Source of the DNA: Gordius albopunctatus | Lineage: Eukaryota | DNA: 64,000 nucleotides | Direction of reading: 5' to 3' | Assembly: GCA_964276515.1 (NCBI GenBank) | Contig: OZ193910.1 | Location: forward strand, 4,154,001 to 4,218,000 | Shown here: piece after piece, positions 44,331 to 55,850 of the stretch | Layout of the letters: each line of letters starts with the position of its first letter | Position numbering within the stretch: the first letter of the stretch is position 1 | Notes under the pieces: model-generated | What the model was told of the DNA's origin: nothing | What the model saw: the letters and a program-made list of their open reading frames with translations, nothing else | Database searches by the model: none | Position numbers and translations under genes: made by a program

Positions 44331-47045
44331 ATACAAATGATGTGAATCATTGAGACATTTAAAACAATGTAAGGAAATAGTTTAGTCATTTTAACATATA
44401 TTTTGGACGTTCTTATTATATAAATGCGACTTTTTAATAAATAAAAAAAATGATGTGAATCATTGAGACATTTAAAACAATGTAAGGAAATAGTTTAGTC
44501 ATTTTAACATATATTTTGGACGTTCTTATTATATAAATGCGACTTTTTAATAAATAAAAAAAAATGATGTGAATCATTGAGACATTTAAAACAATGTAAG
44601 GAAATAGTTTAGTTATTTTAACATATATTTTGGACGTTCTTATTATATAAATGCGACTTTTTAATAAATAAAAAAAATGATGTGAATCATTGAGACATTT
44701 AAAACAATGTAAGGAAATAGTTTAGTCATTTTAACATATATTTTGGACGTTCTTATTATATAAATGCGACTTTTTAATAAATAAATACAAATGATGTGAA
44801 TCATTGAGACATTTAAAACAATGTAAGGAAATAGTTTAGTCATTTTAACATATATTTTGGACGTTCCTATTATATAAATGCGACTTTTTAATAAATAAAA
44901 AAAAATGATGTGAATCATTGAGACATTTAAAACAATGTAAGGAAATAGTTTAGTCATTTTAACATATATTTTGGACGTTCTTATTAAATAAATGCGACTT
45001 TTTAATAAATAAATACAAATGATGTGAATCATTGAGACATTTAAAACAATGTAAGGAAATCGTTTAGTCATTTTAACATATATTTTGGACGTTCCTATTA
45101 TATAAATGCGACTTTTTAATAAATAAATACAATTGATGTGAATCATTGAGACATTTAAAACAATGTAAGGAAATAGTTTAGTCATTTTAACATATATTTT
45201 GGACGTTCTTATTATATAAATGCGACTTTTTAATAAATAAAAAAAATGATGTGAATCATTGAGACATTTAAAACAATGTAAGGAAATAGTTTAGTCATTT
45301 TAACATATATTTTGGACGTTCTTATTATATAAATGCGACTTTTTAATAAATAAAAAAAAATGATGTGAATCATTGAGACATTTAAAACAATGTAAGGAAA
45401 TAGTTTAGTCATTTTAACATATATTTTGGACGTTCTTATTATATAAATGCGACTTTTTAATAAATAAAAAAAATGATGTGAATCATTGAGACATTTAAAA
45501 CAATGTAAGGAAATAGTTTAGTCATTTTAACATATATTTTGGACGTTCTTATTATATAAATGCGACTTTTTAATAAATAAATACAAATGATGTGAATCAT
45601 TGAGACATTTAAAACAATGTAAGGAAATAGTTTAGTTATTTTAACATATATTTTGGACGTTCCTATTATATAAATGCGACTTTTTAATAAATAAATACAA
45701 ATGATGTGAATCATTGAGACATTTAAAACAATGTAAGGAAATAGTTTAGTCATTTTAACATATATTTTGGACGTTCTTATTATATAAATGCGACTTTTTA
45801 ATAAATAAATACAAATGATGTGAATCATTGAGACATTTAAAACAATGTAAGGAAATAGTTTAGTTATTTTAACATATATTTTGGACGTTCCTATTATATA
45901 AATGCGACTTTTTAATAAATAAAAAAAAATGATGTAAATAATTGAGATATTTAAAACAATGTAAGGAAATAGTTTAGTCATTTTAACATATATTTTGGAC
46001 GTTCTTATTATATAAATGCGACTTTTTAATAAATAAATACAAATGATGTGAATCATTGAGACATTTAAAACAATGTAAGGAAATAGTTTAGTCATTTTAA
46101 CATATATTTTGGACGTTCCTATTATATAAATGCGACTTTTTAATAAATAAATACAAATTATGTGAATCATTGAGACATTTAAAACAATGTAAGGAAATAG
46201 TTTAGTCATTTTAACATATATTTTGGACGTTCTTATTATATAAATGCGACTTTTTAATAAATAAAAAAAATGATGTGAATCATTGAGACATTTAAAACAA
46301 TGTAAGGAAATAGTTTAGTCATTTTAACATATATTTTGGACGTTCTTATTATATAAATGCGACTTTTTAATAAATAAAAAAAAATGATGTGAATCATTGA
46401 GACATTTAAAACAATGTAAGGAAATAGTTTAGTCATTTTAACATATATTTTGGACGTTCCTATTATATAAATGCGACTTTTTAATAAATAAATACAAATG
46501 ATGTGAATCATTGAGACATTTAAAACAATGTAAGGAAATAGTTTAGTTATTTTAACATATATTTTGGACGTTCTTATTATATAAATGCGACTTTTTAATA
46601 AATAAATACAAATGATGTGAATCATTGAGACATTTAAAACAATGTAAGGAAATAGTTTAGTCATTTTAACATATATTTTGGACGTTACTATTATATAAAT
46701 GCGACTTTTTAATAAATAAATACAAATGATGTGAATCATTGAGACATTTAAAACAATGTAAGGAAATAGTTTAGTTATTTTAACATATATTTTGGACGTT
46801 CTTATTATATAAATGCGACTTTTTAATAAATAAAAAAAAATGATGTGAATCATTGAGACATTTAAAACAATGTAAGGAAATAGTTTAGTCATTTTAACAT
46901 ATATTTTGGACGTTACTATTATATAAATGCGACTTTTTAATAAATAAATACAAATGATGTGAATCATTGAGACATTTAAAACAATGTAAGGAAATAGTTT
47001 AGTTATTTTAACATATATTTTGGACGTTCTTATTATATAAATGCG
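44331..47045 (+). repeat. Array-edge zone: ~24 monomers not in HOR register, with private variants
   Basis: Variants not seen in the HOR body: gaaatCgttt (45061), acaaTtgatg (45133), gttActatt (46687, 46915). Confidence 0.85.
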
Positions 47046-49936
47046 CTTATGTTATTCTAAATAAATTGATAATTTATTATGTTAAGGCTATATCGCTGAC
47101 ACCAGGCCAAATGAATGAATGAGTTCAAAGAGTTGTAAGACTGGGCGTAGGTGCATGTAAAATTTTAATTAATAAATTTAGTTATTTACAATAACTACTC
47201 TATCTTAATGTTAAGCATAATTCATTGACCGCAATTATGCCATTATTATTAACTTGAAAAGTATTCTAAATCATTCATTAGTTTTTTAAAAAGTAAACAT
47301 TTTTATATTTACAAAAATATTATAATTAAATATTAAAAAAATTTATACCTTACAATAAAAATGTAATAAAATAATTTTTCAATAAAACGTGATTTTTCTT
47401 CGCCCTCGTTATAAATGTAGTTATGTATATGTAAAACTTTCTAAATTGTTACCCATTCATTACGAAAAACTTTGAAAAATATATAAATAGCAAATCCCTA
47501 AAATTTTTAATGTTAATTTTTATTCAATGTTTATTATATTTTCTAAAAGCAACCTCTAAACTGAGATCTCAGTAAACCAACGACGTTATAAATTTGGTTA
47601 ATGAACGGTCAATTTATTAATTTTAATATGATCAGATATTTTTGATTATTGTGATTGAAGAAAATAATAATTTTAACATGAACTGTAATCATTAATAAAA
47701 TAATTCAACTGCTATGGAAACAATGGTGATTTTGTTACTATATACCACGGTTTGGACAATGTGGTACATTTTTTAATTAACTGCAGATATTTTATAATTA
47801 AATTTTGCACTTGGGTAGTTTTAATTTGCATTTGAATTTTAGTGAGAATTGCATTGAAAGGCGAAGGTCGGATTTTGTGCAAAACCTTTGCACTAATATA
47901 ATAGCTTATAAGAACATTTAGTTTCACTGGAAATGTTAAAAGAAAAGGCAATTTTACATTTATAACCAAACCCAAGATCCAGCCTTAGGATCATGAGCAT
48001 TTCAGGGGAAGAAGGGGGAACATATGGATTTTAAATCTAAAGCTCATTATAAATTTAACAAAATTATATATCATTTTGCCGAGGGGGGGGGGCAAAAAGG
48101 TGCGGCTTATCTCCTCTAAATCCAAATATTTGTTGAAATTTATTAAAATTATAGCTAAAATTTCAAAAAATGATCATTTTGACCCTCCCTAAGTCATTAT
48201 TGCCCCCCTCTACACTCGATGCTCGTTACGCCCATGTCATTCATACTATTATTACGATTTTAAAAAATAAAAACATTTATTTTGCTGTGGTAATAATAAA
48301 ATTAGGCTTAAAATTCAAAACTTTGAATCATTTTTACCCCCTTCATCACGTTAAGTAATGGCATTGAACGTCTAAAGCTAAACTTCCTCCGCATATAACT
48401 TAACACAATTTGGCCTCAGCTATACAGACAAAATCCTATAATACGTCCTTGATTTTTCACTCTTCTCTTGTATCATATGTTCCTATCAGATAGAAATTTA
48501 TAGAAAACAACGAGGGAAAGTGGGCTCCTAGGGGGTACGGGAACGATGATTTAGGGTAACGCCTTCACAACTATTGTTTATCCCAATAATTCAAAATTTT
48601 CAATATAGAGAGTTGAAAATACAGGAGACGGACTGAAGAAAAACTAAAATTTTTAGTAAAATTAAGGGAAGGGGGAGGTAGCGAATTAACCGCATATGTT
48701 GAGGCGAGAATATATTATGCCTAGCAGTGCTAGACCTAGTAGCTAGACATTTTACTGAGGCGCCTTTTTGTTTGTTTTTTGAATATACACCGTCACAGGC
48801 AAACTTTCATACCCTCATAACCCTGAATCCTTCTGAAGGGGTTGGTTATGAAAAGTTTGTCACAGATCTCGCCCCTCACCCTGACAGAATTATGAGAAGG
48901 GAAAGATCCAATCAATTTTCTGGAAAAAATCAATCAATCAATTTTAGAATAAAGTTGGGGGGAGTGATATAAAGCATTATTAATTGGAGGGGGAGAGAGT
49001 GCAGTTCTCTCTTTCGTGATCTACTCTACCCTTGGATTTGGATGGATTCGATTTGGACTGTAAATTGATCGTGTCAACTTTTGCTGGAAATTTATACAGC
49101 ATCCGCGCTCCAGTATAGATATAACCATTCCCTCTCACGATAAATAAAATTCCCGCCACCCCCCGATTACTAGCTACTTCCCTTAGTTCATTTTTTTGCG
49201 ATAAGCCTATACGAAAAATTATTAGTTGCCTTAGCTATTCAATCGGACAGGTATTAATTGCTATTCGTAACATTTGCTTTCTTTTCCCAAATTTCCAACT
49301 TTTCATTGCTTTAATAAAATTCTGGCGTTTGCCATGGTGTTTTAGCCTTAAATTCCTTGGCGAGGAAACCGCGTGGAGGCTATATCACGATTTATTAACG
49401 AAAGTGAAAAGCGTCTGAAAACTTTTTGCAGCGATGCAGCCAGGTGTTACTTACAAATGGGAAGGCATCAAATTCCGGGGAGACGCTGTGTAAGCAAGAC
49501 AATAATTTATTTTTTAATTTAAATGATTTCATAATTTTTAATAACCTTTTAAATAATTTTATCTTTATTTTTATTATGATAAAGATTAGTTTTGTCGTCT
49601 GTAACCGATAAAAACACTTAAAAATACCGATTTGTAATACTAATTCTATTCTATATATATACGCCAAATTTTCAGGCTGTGACTTTAATGAGAAAAGTTT
49701 TATCGTGATATTTTACTTTTTTATTCAGTTACATTTGATAAGAGAGCCTTAATTGATTACATTCCTAACAAACAACTAATCCCTTATCATTAAAGTTAAA
49801 CGCCACTTTGTGTAAACAAAAACAACTTTTAACTTTGTGATCGAATTTTAGTTACATATTGTCCAAACCTAATGTTCTAAAAGACACCAGAAGAATGTTT
49901 CAAGGTCATTGTACATGACTTTATTAACGTTTCATA
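47046..49936 (+). repeat. Non-satellite flank, left arm of large inverted duplication (2,891 bp)
   Basis: Reverse complement of 52960-55850. The five short ORFs map with identical translations at a constant coordinate sum of 102896 (e.g. 49395-49667 vs 53229-53501). Confidence 0.98.
48078..48236 (+). mobile_element. MITE-like element, ~160-bp family (5'-truncated copy)
   Basis: gccgaG10caaaaagg...aaatttattaaaattat...tgaccctccctaagtcattattgcccccc...gttacgcccatg aligns by eye with 51481-51639 and with the reverse complement of 52044-52197. It ends in the family terminus TACGCCCATG. Confidence 0.75.
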
Positions 49937-50136
49937 NNNNNNNNNNNNNNNNNNNNNNNNNNNNNNNNNNNNNNNNNNNNNNNNNNNNNNNNNNNNNNNN
50001 NNNNNNNNNNNNNNNNNNNNNNNNNNNNNNNNNNNNNNNNNNNNNNNNNNNNNNNNNNNNNNNNNNNNNNNNNNNNNNNNNNNNNNNNNNNNNNNNNNNN
50101 NNNNNNNNNNNNNNNNNNNNNNNNNNNNNNNNNNNN
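49937..50136. other. Assembly/scaffold gap (200 N)
   Basis: Exactly 200 Ns. A round length like this is typical of a placeholder of unknown true size. Confidence 0.99.
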
Positions 50137-50812
50137 AATTCAATCAACTAGATTTTGTAATGTATATCTAACTTTAAAATTATGAATTTTTATGCTTCAA
50201 AATTTTTTAGATTGAAACCAAATTCATAACTTTTTTACACTATATAATTCTTGCCTAATATAAGATTAAGGACAGTTATAATGTACTAATGCATATAACA
50301 TAACCACCTAAAAATTTCATACAAATGTTCGTTTATATTATTTTTAATATAATAGAACAAATAATGTGCATTTGTTGGCACCCAAATTTAATGTTAGATT
50401 ATACGGATGAGGATTTTTTCAGCATTCGCGTTTTTAGCGTTTTAATCTAAGAGGGGGGGGGGGGTAATTTGATTTTACTCAAGTGAGGACAGACTAAGTG
50501 CTGCTGAAATTTATTTCCTATGTCTGTTTATCAAATTTAATTCTAGTGTCTTCACTATATTCCCTCAAAGTTCATACCAAAATTTTTTTCAAAAAAATTT
50601 CCGATAGCTGTTTGCCACACTAAGGTGGTCAGCTTCTTTAGATATTTGGATAAGGGGTGACGCTCGGCTATCCAGGCCTGACGTGACAGCCGTGTTAACG
50701 ATGTGATATAATTGAACCAGCGAGCCTCTACTTCAAAGACAAAGCTTGTACCCACTTTATTTTAGAGTCAACAAAACATTTTAAAAATAATTTTTAAATC
50801 AATTTAACTATG

Positions 50813-51092
50813 TAGGCGCGTAGCCAAGGGGACAGAAAGCGGAAATTTTCTGCCCCCTTGACCAAAATTTGAAAATTTTTTTGAAGGTCCATGTCATTTT
50901 TTAAGGTATAAAAGCGATAGTAAATGCTCTGATTAATGAAGAGAGGATATTTTTCCAAAGCTGGTTATATAGCGCGCCTTGAAGTTTCGTATATTTTGTA
51001 CCCGAAGTTTACTTTTGTTACATTATAAATAAAAGTGTCGAAAATTTTTTGGAATTTTTCTTCCCCTTGAGAAAATCCTGGCTACGCGCCTG
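50813..51092. mobile_element. Intact 280-bp non-autonomous DNA transposon (MITE), hAT-type, with 8-bp TSD
   Basis: Terminal inverted repeats tAGGCGCGTAGCCA (50813-) and TGGCTACGCGCCTg (-51092) give a 13-bp perfect match. They are flanked by the exact direct repeat TAACTATG at 50805-50812 and 51093-51100. Short TIRs with 8-bp TSDs are characteristic of hAT elements. Confidence 0.9.
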
Positions 51093-51480
51093 TAACTATG
51101 TTATAAATTGATATAACGTTCATCATTCGCTGTCTATAATTACTTATCTGCCGCAATTCTTCCAAACCGGTGGATATATTTAAATACTTATTTTAGTATT
51201 AAATTGCATATCAATTGCAAATAAATATTTAATATTTATTATTATATATGGTAAAATAACACCAAATTTGACTAAAACTAACGATCGGTTGGGCTTAAAT
51301 AAAAAAAAGGTGGTCTTGAAATTAAACGTAAAAATTTTTGATAAGGAGGCATTGATTCATTAAGTTATTTACAATAAATAAAAGATAAATCACTGCAAGC
51401 ACTAAGTACCCTTTTCACAGCCTTTTAGAATTCATTTTATTAACAAGAGATATTAACTTATGAATAGTAATTTACACCAC

Positions 51481-51639
51481 AGCCAGGGGGGGGGGGCAAA
51501 GAGGGGCGGCTGCCCCCTATAAATCCAATTTTTTTTTTAAATTTATTAAAATTATGGCCAAAATTAAAAAAAGATTATCAATTTGCCCCTCCCTAAATCA
51601 TTATTTCCCCCCTCTAATCCCAATGCTGCTACGCCCATG
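51481..51639 (+). mobile_element. MITE-like element, ~160-bp family (left TIR truncated)
   Basis: agccaG11caaagaggggcggctgccccc...aaatttattaaaattatgg...tgcccctccctaaatcattatttcccccc...gctacgcccatg. Homologous to 48078-48236 and 52044-52197. Confidence 0.8.
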
Positions 51640-51830
51640 ATTTAAGCTATATTATTTAAGGCCCAGGATTTTAGATCTATTTTCTCAATCTTGGTTGTTG
51701 ATGAAAAACGAAGCGGAAGAACAATAACTGAGATAAGAGTAGGTTAACTTAATTTAGAAAAATTAATTAATAAATATAGTAAATTTCTATAATTTTATCT
51801 AAATTAATTTATAACAGTGCAAAAAATATT

Positions 51831-51859
51831 CGGCGGGGGGGGGGGGGGAGGGAGGGAGG
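51831..51859 (+). repeat. G-rich tract (G14-A-GGG-A-GGG-A-GG), potential G-quadruplex
   Basis: The sequence cggcGGGGGGGGGGGGGGaGGGaGGGaGG is read directly. G4 formation is only inferred from the motif. Confidence 0.5.
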
Positions 51860-52043
51860 TTAGGATTTTGCTAAGGACTGGTTTAAAGAAAATTTTATAA
51901 ATTTAGAAATTTTTTAGAAATATTAATAAATTTTGACGAAGAGAGAAATTGGATCCAAATAATCTGCATATCTTTTGTTAAGGATCCGAAAATCAGTAGT
52001 GAAAAATCTCACGAAATCAAACCTACTATAAATAAAGGTGTAT

Positions 52044-52197
52044 CATGGACGTAGGGGGGCAATAGTGATTTAGGGAGGGGCAAAATGAACATTTTTTTAA
52101 ATTTTAGCCCCATAATTTTAATAAATTTTAACAAATTTTTGGATTTAGAGGGGGCAGCCGCCCCTCCCTGCCCCCCCCCCCCCCGGCTACGCTCATG
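52044..52197 (-). mobile_element. MITE-like element, ~160-bp family, both termini present
   Basis: Starts CATGGACGTAG and ends CTACGCTCATG (imperfect TIRs, consensus CATGGGCGTAG). The internal sequence is the reverse complement of 51481-51639 with a ~20-bp subterminal deletion. No matching TSD is visible (aggtgtat vs tctataat). Confidence 0.8.
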
Positions 52198-52959
52198 TCT
52201 ATAATAGTTAAGTTTACATTCATACAACTGAATATAATTCTGGTTAATTTTTATTTTATATTACTTAATAATCTCCAAAAAATATGTTGTTAAAATCTGC
52301 AAAGATATATTGACCTCATATTTAACCATAAATTGCATAGCAATTAAAACAGTCTATATATTAAATCTTTTTTGAATTATGATAATTTTTTTTATTCGTT
52401 CAGGTGAAATATGCATTTTTTGACTAATAACATATCTAAAAAATAAATTTATTTAATTTTCAATTTATTATAAAACTATCTTTTATAAAATAATAGCTGT
52501 CAAAATATTGAGTTCCTAAGGAATTCACCACCCATCTTACTTTTTGAGGCAGTTTTAAATTCAAACAAATCATTTAGCGTTAAATTAAAAAAATTAGCTA
52601 TATTTTTAACAGGATAGATGGAATTTAAAGGAATTCGAAGAAAACTGGCAAATTATAAAATCGATAGGTGGCGGTGGAATGGAGATGAGAATGCTCTTAC
52701 TTGATAATGTTGCTTAGCACAATTTATGCGCAGCAGAGAGATCAAGGTCAAACTAAATGCTTAACATTCTGGCTCTTGTGTATTCTTTCAAAAATCTCGA
52801 TGCAATCGATTTGTGTGCGAATTCCATGTCTATTAGCTTTGTGATATGAATTGGTACGATAACGCATTTCAAATTATATTTCCAAATTAATATCCATAAA
52901 AACTATATTGAAAAATTAAATTGAAGTGCGCATTTTGAATTTTTCATAAAGGGCAAAAT

Positions 52960-55850
52960 TATGAAACGTTAATAAAGTCATGTACAATGACCTTGAAACA
53001 TTCTTCTGGTGTCTTTTAGAACATTAGGTTTGGACAATATGTAACTAAAATTCGATCACAAAGTTAAAAGTTGTTTTTGTTTACACAAAGTGGCGTTTAA
53101 CTTTAATGATAAGGGATTAGTTGTTTGTTAGGAATGTAATCAATTAAGGCTCTCTTATCAAATGTAACTGAATAAAAAAGTAAAATATCACGATAAAACT
53201 TTTCTCATTAAAGTCACAGCCTGAAAATTTGGCGTATATATATAGAATAGAATTAGTATTACAAATCGGTATTTTTAAGTGTTTTTATCGGTTACAGACG
53301 ACAAAACTAATCTTTATCATAATAAAAATAAAGATAAAATTATTTAAAAGGTTATTAAAAATTATGAAATCATTTAAATTAAAAAATAAATTATTGTCTT
53401 GCTTACACAGCGTCTCCCCGGAATTTGATGCCTTCCCATTTGTAAGTAACACCTGGCTGCATCGCTGCAAAAAGTTTTCAGACGCTTTTCACTTTCGTTA
53501 ATAAATCGTGATATAGCCTCCACGCGGTTTCCTCGCCAAGGAATTTAAGGCTAAAACACCATGGCAAACGCCAGAATTTTATTAAAGCAATGAAAAGTTG
53601 GAAATTTGGGAAAAGAAAGCAAATGTTACGAATAGCAATTAATACCTGTCCGATTGAATAGCTAAGGCAACTAATAATTTTTCGTATAGGCTTATCGCAA
53701 AAAAATGAACTAAGGGAAGTAGCTAGTAATCGGGGGGTGGCGGGAATTTTATTTATCGTGAGAGGGAATGGTTATATCTATACTGGAGCGCGGATGCTGT
53801 ATAAATTTCCAGCAAAAGTTGACACGATCAATTTACAGTCCAAATCGAATCCATCCAAATCCAAGGGTAGAGTAGATCACGAAAGAGAGAACTGCACTCT
53901 CTCCCCCTCCAATTAATAATGCTTTATATCACTCCCCCCAACTTTATTCTAAAATTGATTGATTGATTTTTTCCAGAAAATTGATTGGATCTTTCCCTTC
54001 TCATAATTCTGTCAGGGTGAGGGGCGAGATCTGTGACAAACTTTTCATAACCAACCCCTTCAGAAGGATTCAGGGTTATGAGGGTATGAAAGTTTGCCTG
54101 TGACGGTGTATATTCAAAAAACAAACAAAAAGGCGCCTCAGTAAAATGTCTAGCTACTAGGTCTAGCACTGCTAGGCATAATATATTCTCGCCTCAACAT
54201 ATGCGGTTAATTCGCTACCTCCCCCTTCCCTTAATTTTACTAAAAATTTTAGTTTTTCTTCAGTCCGTCTCCTGTATTTTCAACTCTCTATATTGAAAAT
54301 TTTGAATTATTGGGATAAACAATAGTTGTGAAGGCGTTACCCTAAATCATCGTTCCCGTACCCCCTAGGAGCCCACTTTCCCTCGTTGTTTTCTATAAAT
54401 TTCTATCTGATAGGAACATATGATACAAGAGAAGAGTGAAAAATCAAGGACGTATTATAGGATTTTGTCTGTATAGCTGAGGCCAAATTGTGTTAAGTTA
54501 TATGCGGAGGAAGTTTAGCTTTAGACGTTCAATGCCATTACTTAACGTGATGAAGGGGGTAAAAATGATTCAAAGTTTTGAATTTTAAGCCTAATTTTAT
54601 TATTACCACAGCAAAATAAATGTTTTTATTTTTTAAAATCGTAATAATAGTATGAATGACATGGGCGTAACGAGCATCGAGTGTAGAGGGGGGCAATAAT
54701 GACTTAGGGAGGGTCAAAATGATCATTTTTTGAAATTTTAGCTATAATTTTAATAAATTTCAACAAATATTTGGATTTAGAGGAGATAAGCCGCACCTTT
54801 TTGCCCCCCCCCCTCGGCAAAATGATATATAATTTTGTTAAATTTATAATGAGCTTTAGATTTAAAATCCATATGTTCCCCCTTCTTCCCCTGAAATGCT
54901 CATGATCCTAAGGCTGGATCTTGGGTTTGGTTATAAATGTAAAATTGCCTTTTCTTTTAACATTTCCAGTGAAACTAAATGTTCTTATAAGCTATTATAT
55001 TAGTGCAAAGGTTTTGCACAAAATCCGACCTTCGCCTTTCAATGCAATTCTCACTAAAATTCAAATGCAAATTAAAACTACCCAAGTGCAAAATTTAATT
55101 ATAAAATATCTGCAGTTAATTAAAAAATGTACCACATTGTCCAAACCGTGGTATATAGTAACAAAATCACCATTGTTTCCATAGCAGTTGAATTATTTTA
55201 TTAATGATTACAGTTCATGTTAAAATTATTATTTTCTTCAATCACAATAATCAAAAATATCTGATCATATTAAAATTAATAAATTGACCGTTCATTAACC
55301 AAATTTATAACGTCGTTGGTTTACTGAGATCTCAGTTTAGAGGTTGCTTTTAGAAAATATAATAAACATTGAATAAAAATTAACATTAAAAATTTTAGGG
55401 ATTTGCTATTTATATATTTTTCAAAGTTTTTCGTAATGAATGGGTAACAATTTAGAAAGTTTTACATATACATAACTACATTTATAACGAGGGCGAAGAA
55501 AAATCACGTTTTATTGAAAAATTATTTTATTACATTTTTATTGTAAGGTATAAATTTTTTTAATATTTAATTATAATATTTTTGTAAATATAAAAATGTT
55601 TACTTTTTAAAAAACTAATGAATGATTTAGAATACTTTTCAAGTTAATAATAATGGCATAATTGCGGTCAATGAATTATGCTTAACATTAAGATAGAGTA
55701 GTTATTGTAAATAACTAAATTTATTAATTAAAATTTTACATGCACCTACGCCCAGTCTTACAACTCTTTGAACTCATTCATTCATTTGGCCTGGTGTCAG
55801 CGATATAGCCTTAACATAATAAATTATCAATTTATTTAGAATAACATAAG
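52960..55850 (-). repeat. Non-satellite flank, right arm of large inverted duplication
   Basis: tatgaaacgttaataaagtc at 52960 is the reverse complement of the last bases before the gap (..gactttattaacgtttcata, 49936). The match continues to the satellite junction at 55850/55851. Confidence 0.98.
54660..54818 (-). mobile_element. Mirror copy of the 48078-48236 MITE-like element
   Basis: Reverse complement of 48078-48236 as part of the duplicated arm (catgggcgtaacg...C10tcggc). Confidence 0.75.

Larger units (their letters stand above)
1..47045 (+). repeat. Tandem satellite array, 113/114-bp monomer, ~413 copies, ~78% AT (open at window start)
   Basis: Monomer read directly: cattttaacatatattttggacgttc(t/c)tattatataaatgcgactttttaataaataa(atacaaa/aaaaaaa/aaaaaa)tgatgtgaatcattgagacatttaaaacaatgtaaggaaatagtttagt. 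It has about 25 G+C per 114 bp and repeats uninterrupted until ...tataaatgcg|cttatgtt at 47045/47046. Confidence 0.99.
50137..52959. other. Central non-duplicated segment (apparent spacer of the inverted duplication), non-coding, MITE-rich
   Basis: It has no counterpart left of the gap. It is AT-rich, with only short uninformative ORFs, three MITE-like elements and several G-runs. Confidence 0.85.

Noticed and set aside
276..46967. Dozens of minus-strand ORFs up to 592 aa (and plus-strand mirrors at 55929-63581) of repeated MTKLFPYIVLNVSMIHII...
   Set aside because: These arise because a 114-bp (38-codon) monomer has one stop-free frame. They are broken by 113-bp monomers about every 5-6 units and by a TAA variant, and the common variants are mostly non-synonymous. 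The I/F/Y/K/L-rich composition just reflects AT content. By rough estimate, a stop-free frame in one of six frames of 38 codons is not improbable.
1..47045. CRISPR-like regular repeat array
   Set aside because: Monomers are contiguous with no unique spacers, and there are no cas genes.
48366..48376. gaacgtctaaa matching a satellite variant on the opposite strand
   Set aside because: It is only ~11 bp and the flanks do not align, so a chance match is likely.
49340..49500. Relatively GC-richer patch (and a similar one at 50600-50755) considered as possible structured RNA or exon
   Set aside because: I recognised no tRNA, rRNA, snRNA or ribozyme motifs. An Rfam/Infernal search or RNA-seq would be needed to support any call.
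49877..50151. ORFs spanning the N run
   Set aside because: They are produced by translating Ns.
51440..51456. Arithmetic centre of symmetry (~51448) lying next to a MITE at 51481
   Set aside because: The position depends on the arbitrary 200-N gap length, and there is no local hairpin symmetry there.
52660..52678. cgataggtggcggtgg resembling a CTCF-type core (TAGGTGGCGCTG)
   Set aside because: It is a single imperfect short match with no supporting context.
47712..55184. Short ORFs (61-90 aa) in the flank and central segment, including apparently 'duplicated genes'
   Set aside because: They show no recognisable domains and several use non-ATG starts or overlap MITEs. Their duplication simply follows the inverted arm.
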